Positions 63,721-64,000 of a stretch of 64,000 nt of DNA are shown here, in pieces. Source of the DNA: Octopus sinensis (taxonomy: Eukaryota); NCBI RefSeq assembly GCF_006345805.1, contig NC_043018.1, forward strand, positions 16,616,001-16,680,000, read 5' to 3'. Under the pieces are notes generated by a model. That model was not told the origin of the DNA. It saw only the letters and a list, made by a program, of their open reading frames with translations, and searched no databases. How positions within the stretch are numbered: the first letter of the stretch is position 1; every line of letters begins with the position of its first letter. A program made the position numbers and the translations under genes.

Positions 63721-64000
63721 AAGCAGTGCAGTTGCTGTAATCGACTGCGCTTTTCCCCAAATCCAGTGCCTCAGAACCATCACAAAAACTTCTATATTTC
63801 TCAACTGTTTCAACAAAACAACAGAATCGGAGGGTCTTTGTTTATAATACCAAGTTAAGCCTATAAACAATGTAGTAGCGATAACATCCAATATGGCATA
63901 CAATATCTGCAAACGAGTTCTAGGACCTGGTTTCAATTCCCGATTGAAACAAATCCCTCTTAGTTCTACTATAAATGACCTTTAAAAACTTATAAACATC

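Overview
AT-rich eukaryotic non-coding DNA. The SINE, Helitron, mariner and Penelope repertoire and the microsatellite load look like an Octopus (coleoid cephalopod) intron or intergenic region; this is inferred, no database search was possible. I recognise no intact protein-coding gene, rRNA, tRNA gene or CRISPR array, and nearly all long ORFs in the track are microsatellite read-throughs. The window holds: many tRNA-headed SINEs of about four families (several with exact target-site duplications, one head-to-tail concatemer); five non-autonomous Helitrons (A|TC...hairpin-CTAG|T); relics of mariner, Tc1, DD41D and pogo-like transposons; RTE, CR1/L2-like and Penelope fragments; and tandem repeats of 57, 59, 103, ~133 and 230 bp. 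Two signals stand out. (1) At least six fold-back (palindromic) structures: ~21.05-22.18, 28.33-28.42, 30.25-30.35, 32.58-33.22, 35.96-36.13 and 60.00-60.16 kb; two are built from duplicated mariner ends. (2) An apparent target-site preference (WATY|GRTAT) of the youngest SINE family, which may explain its self-nesting and concatemers.
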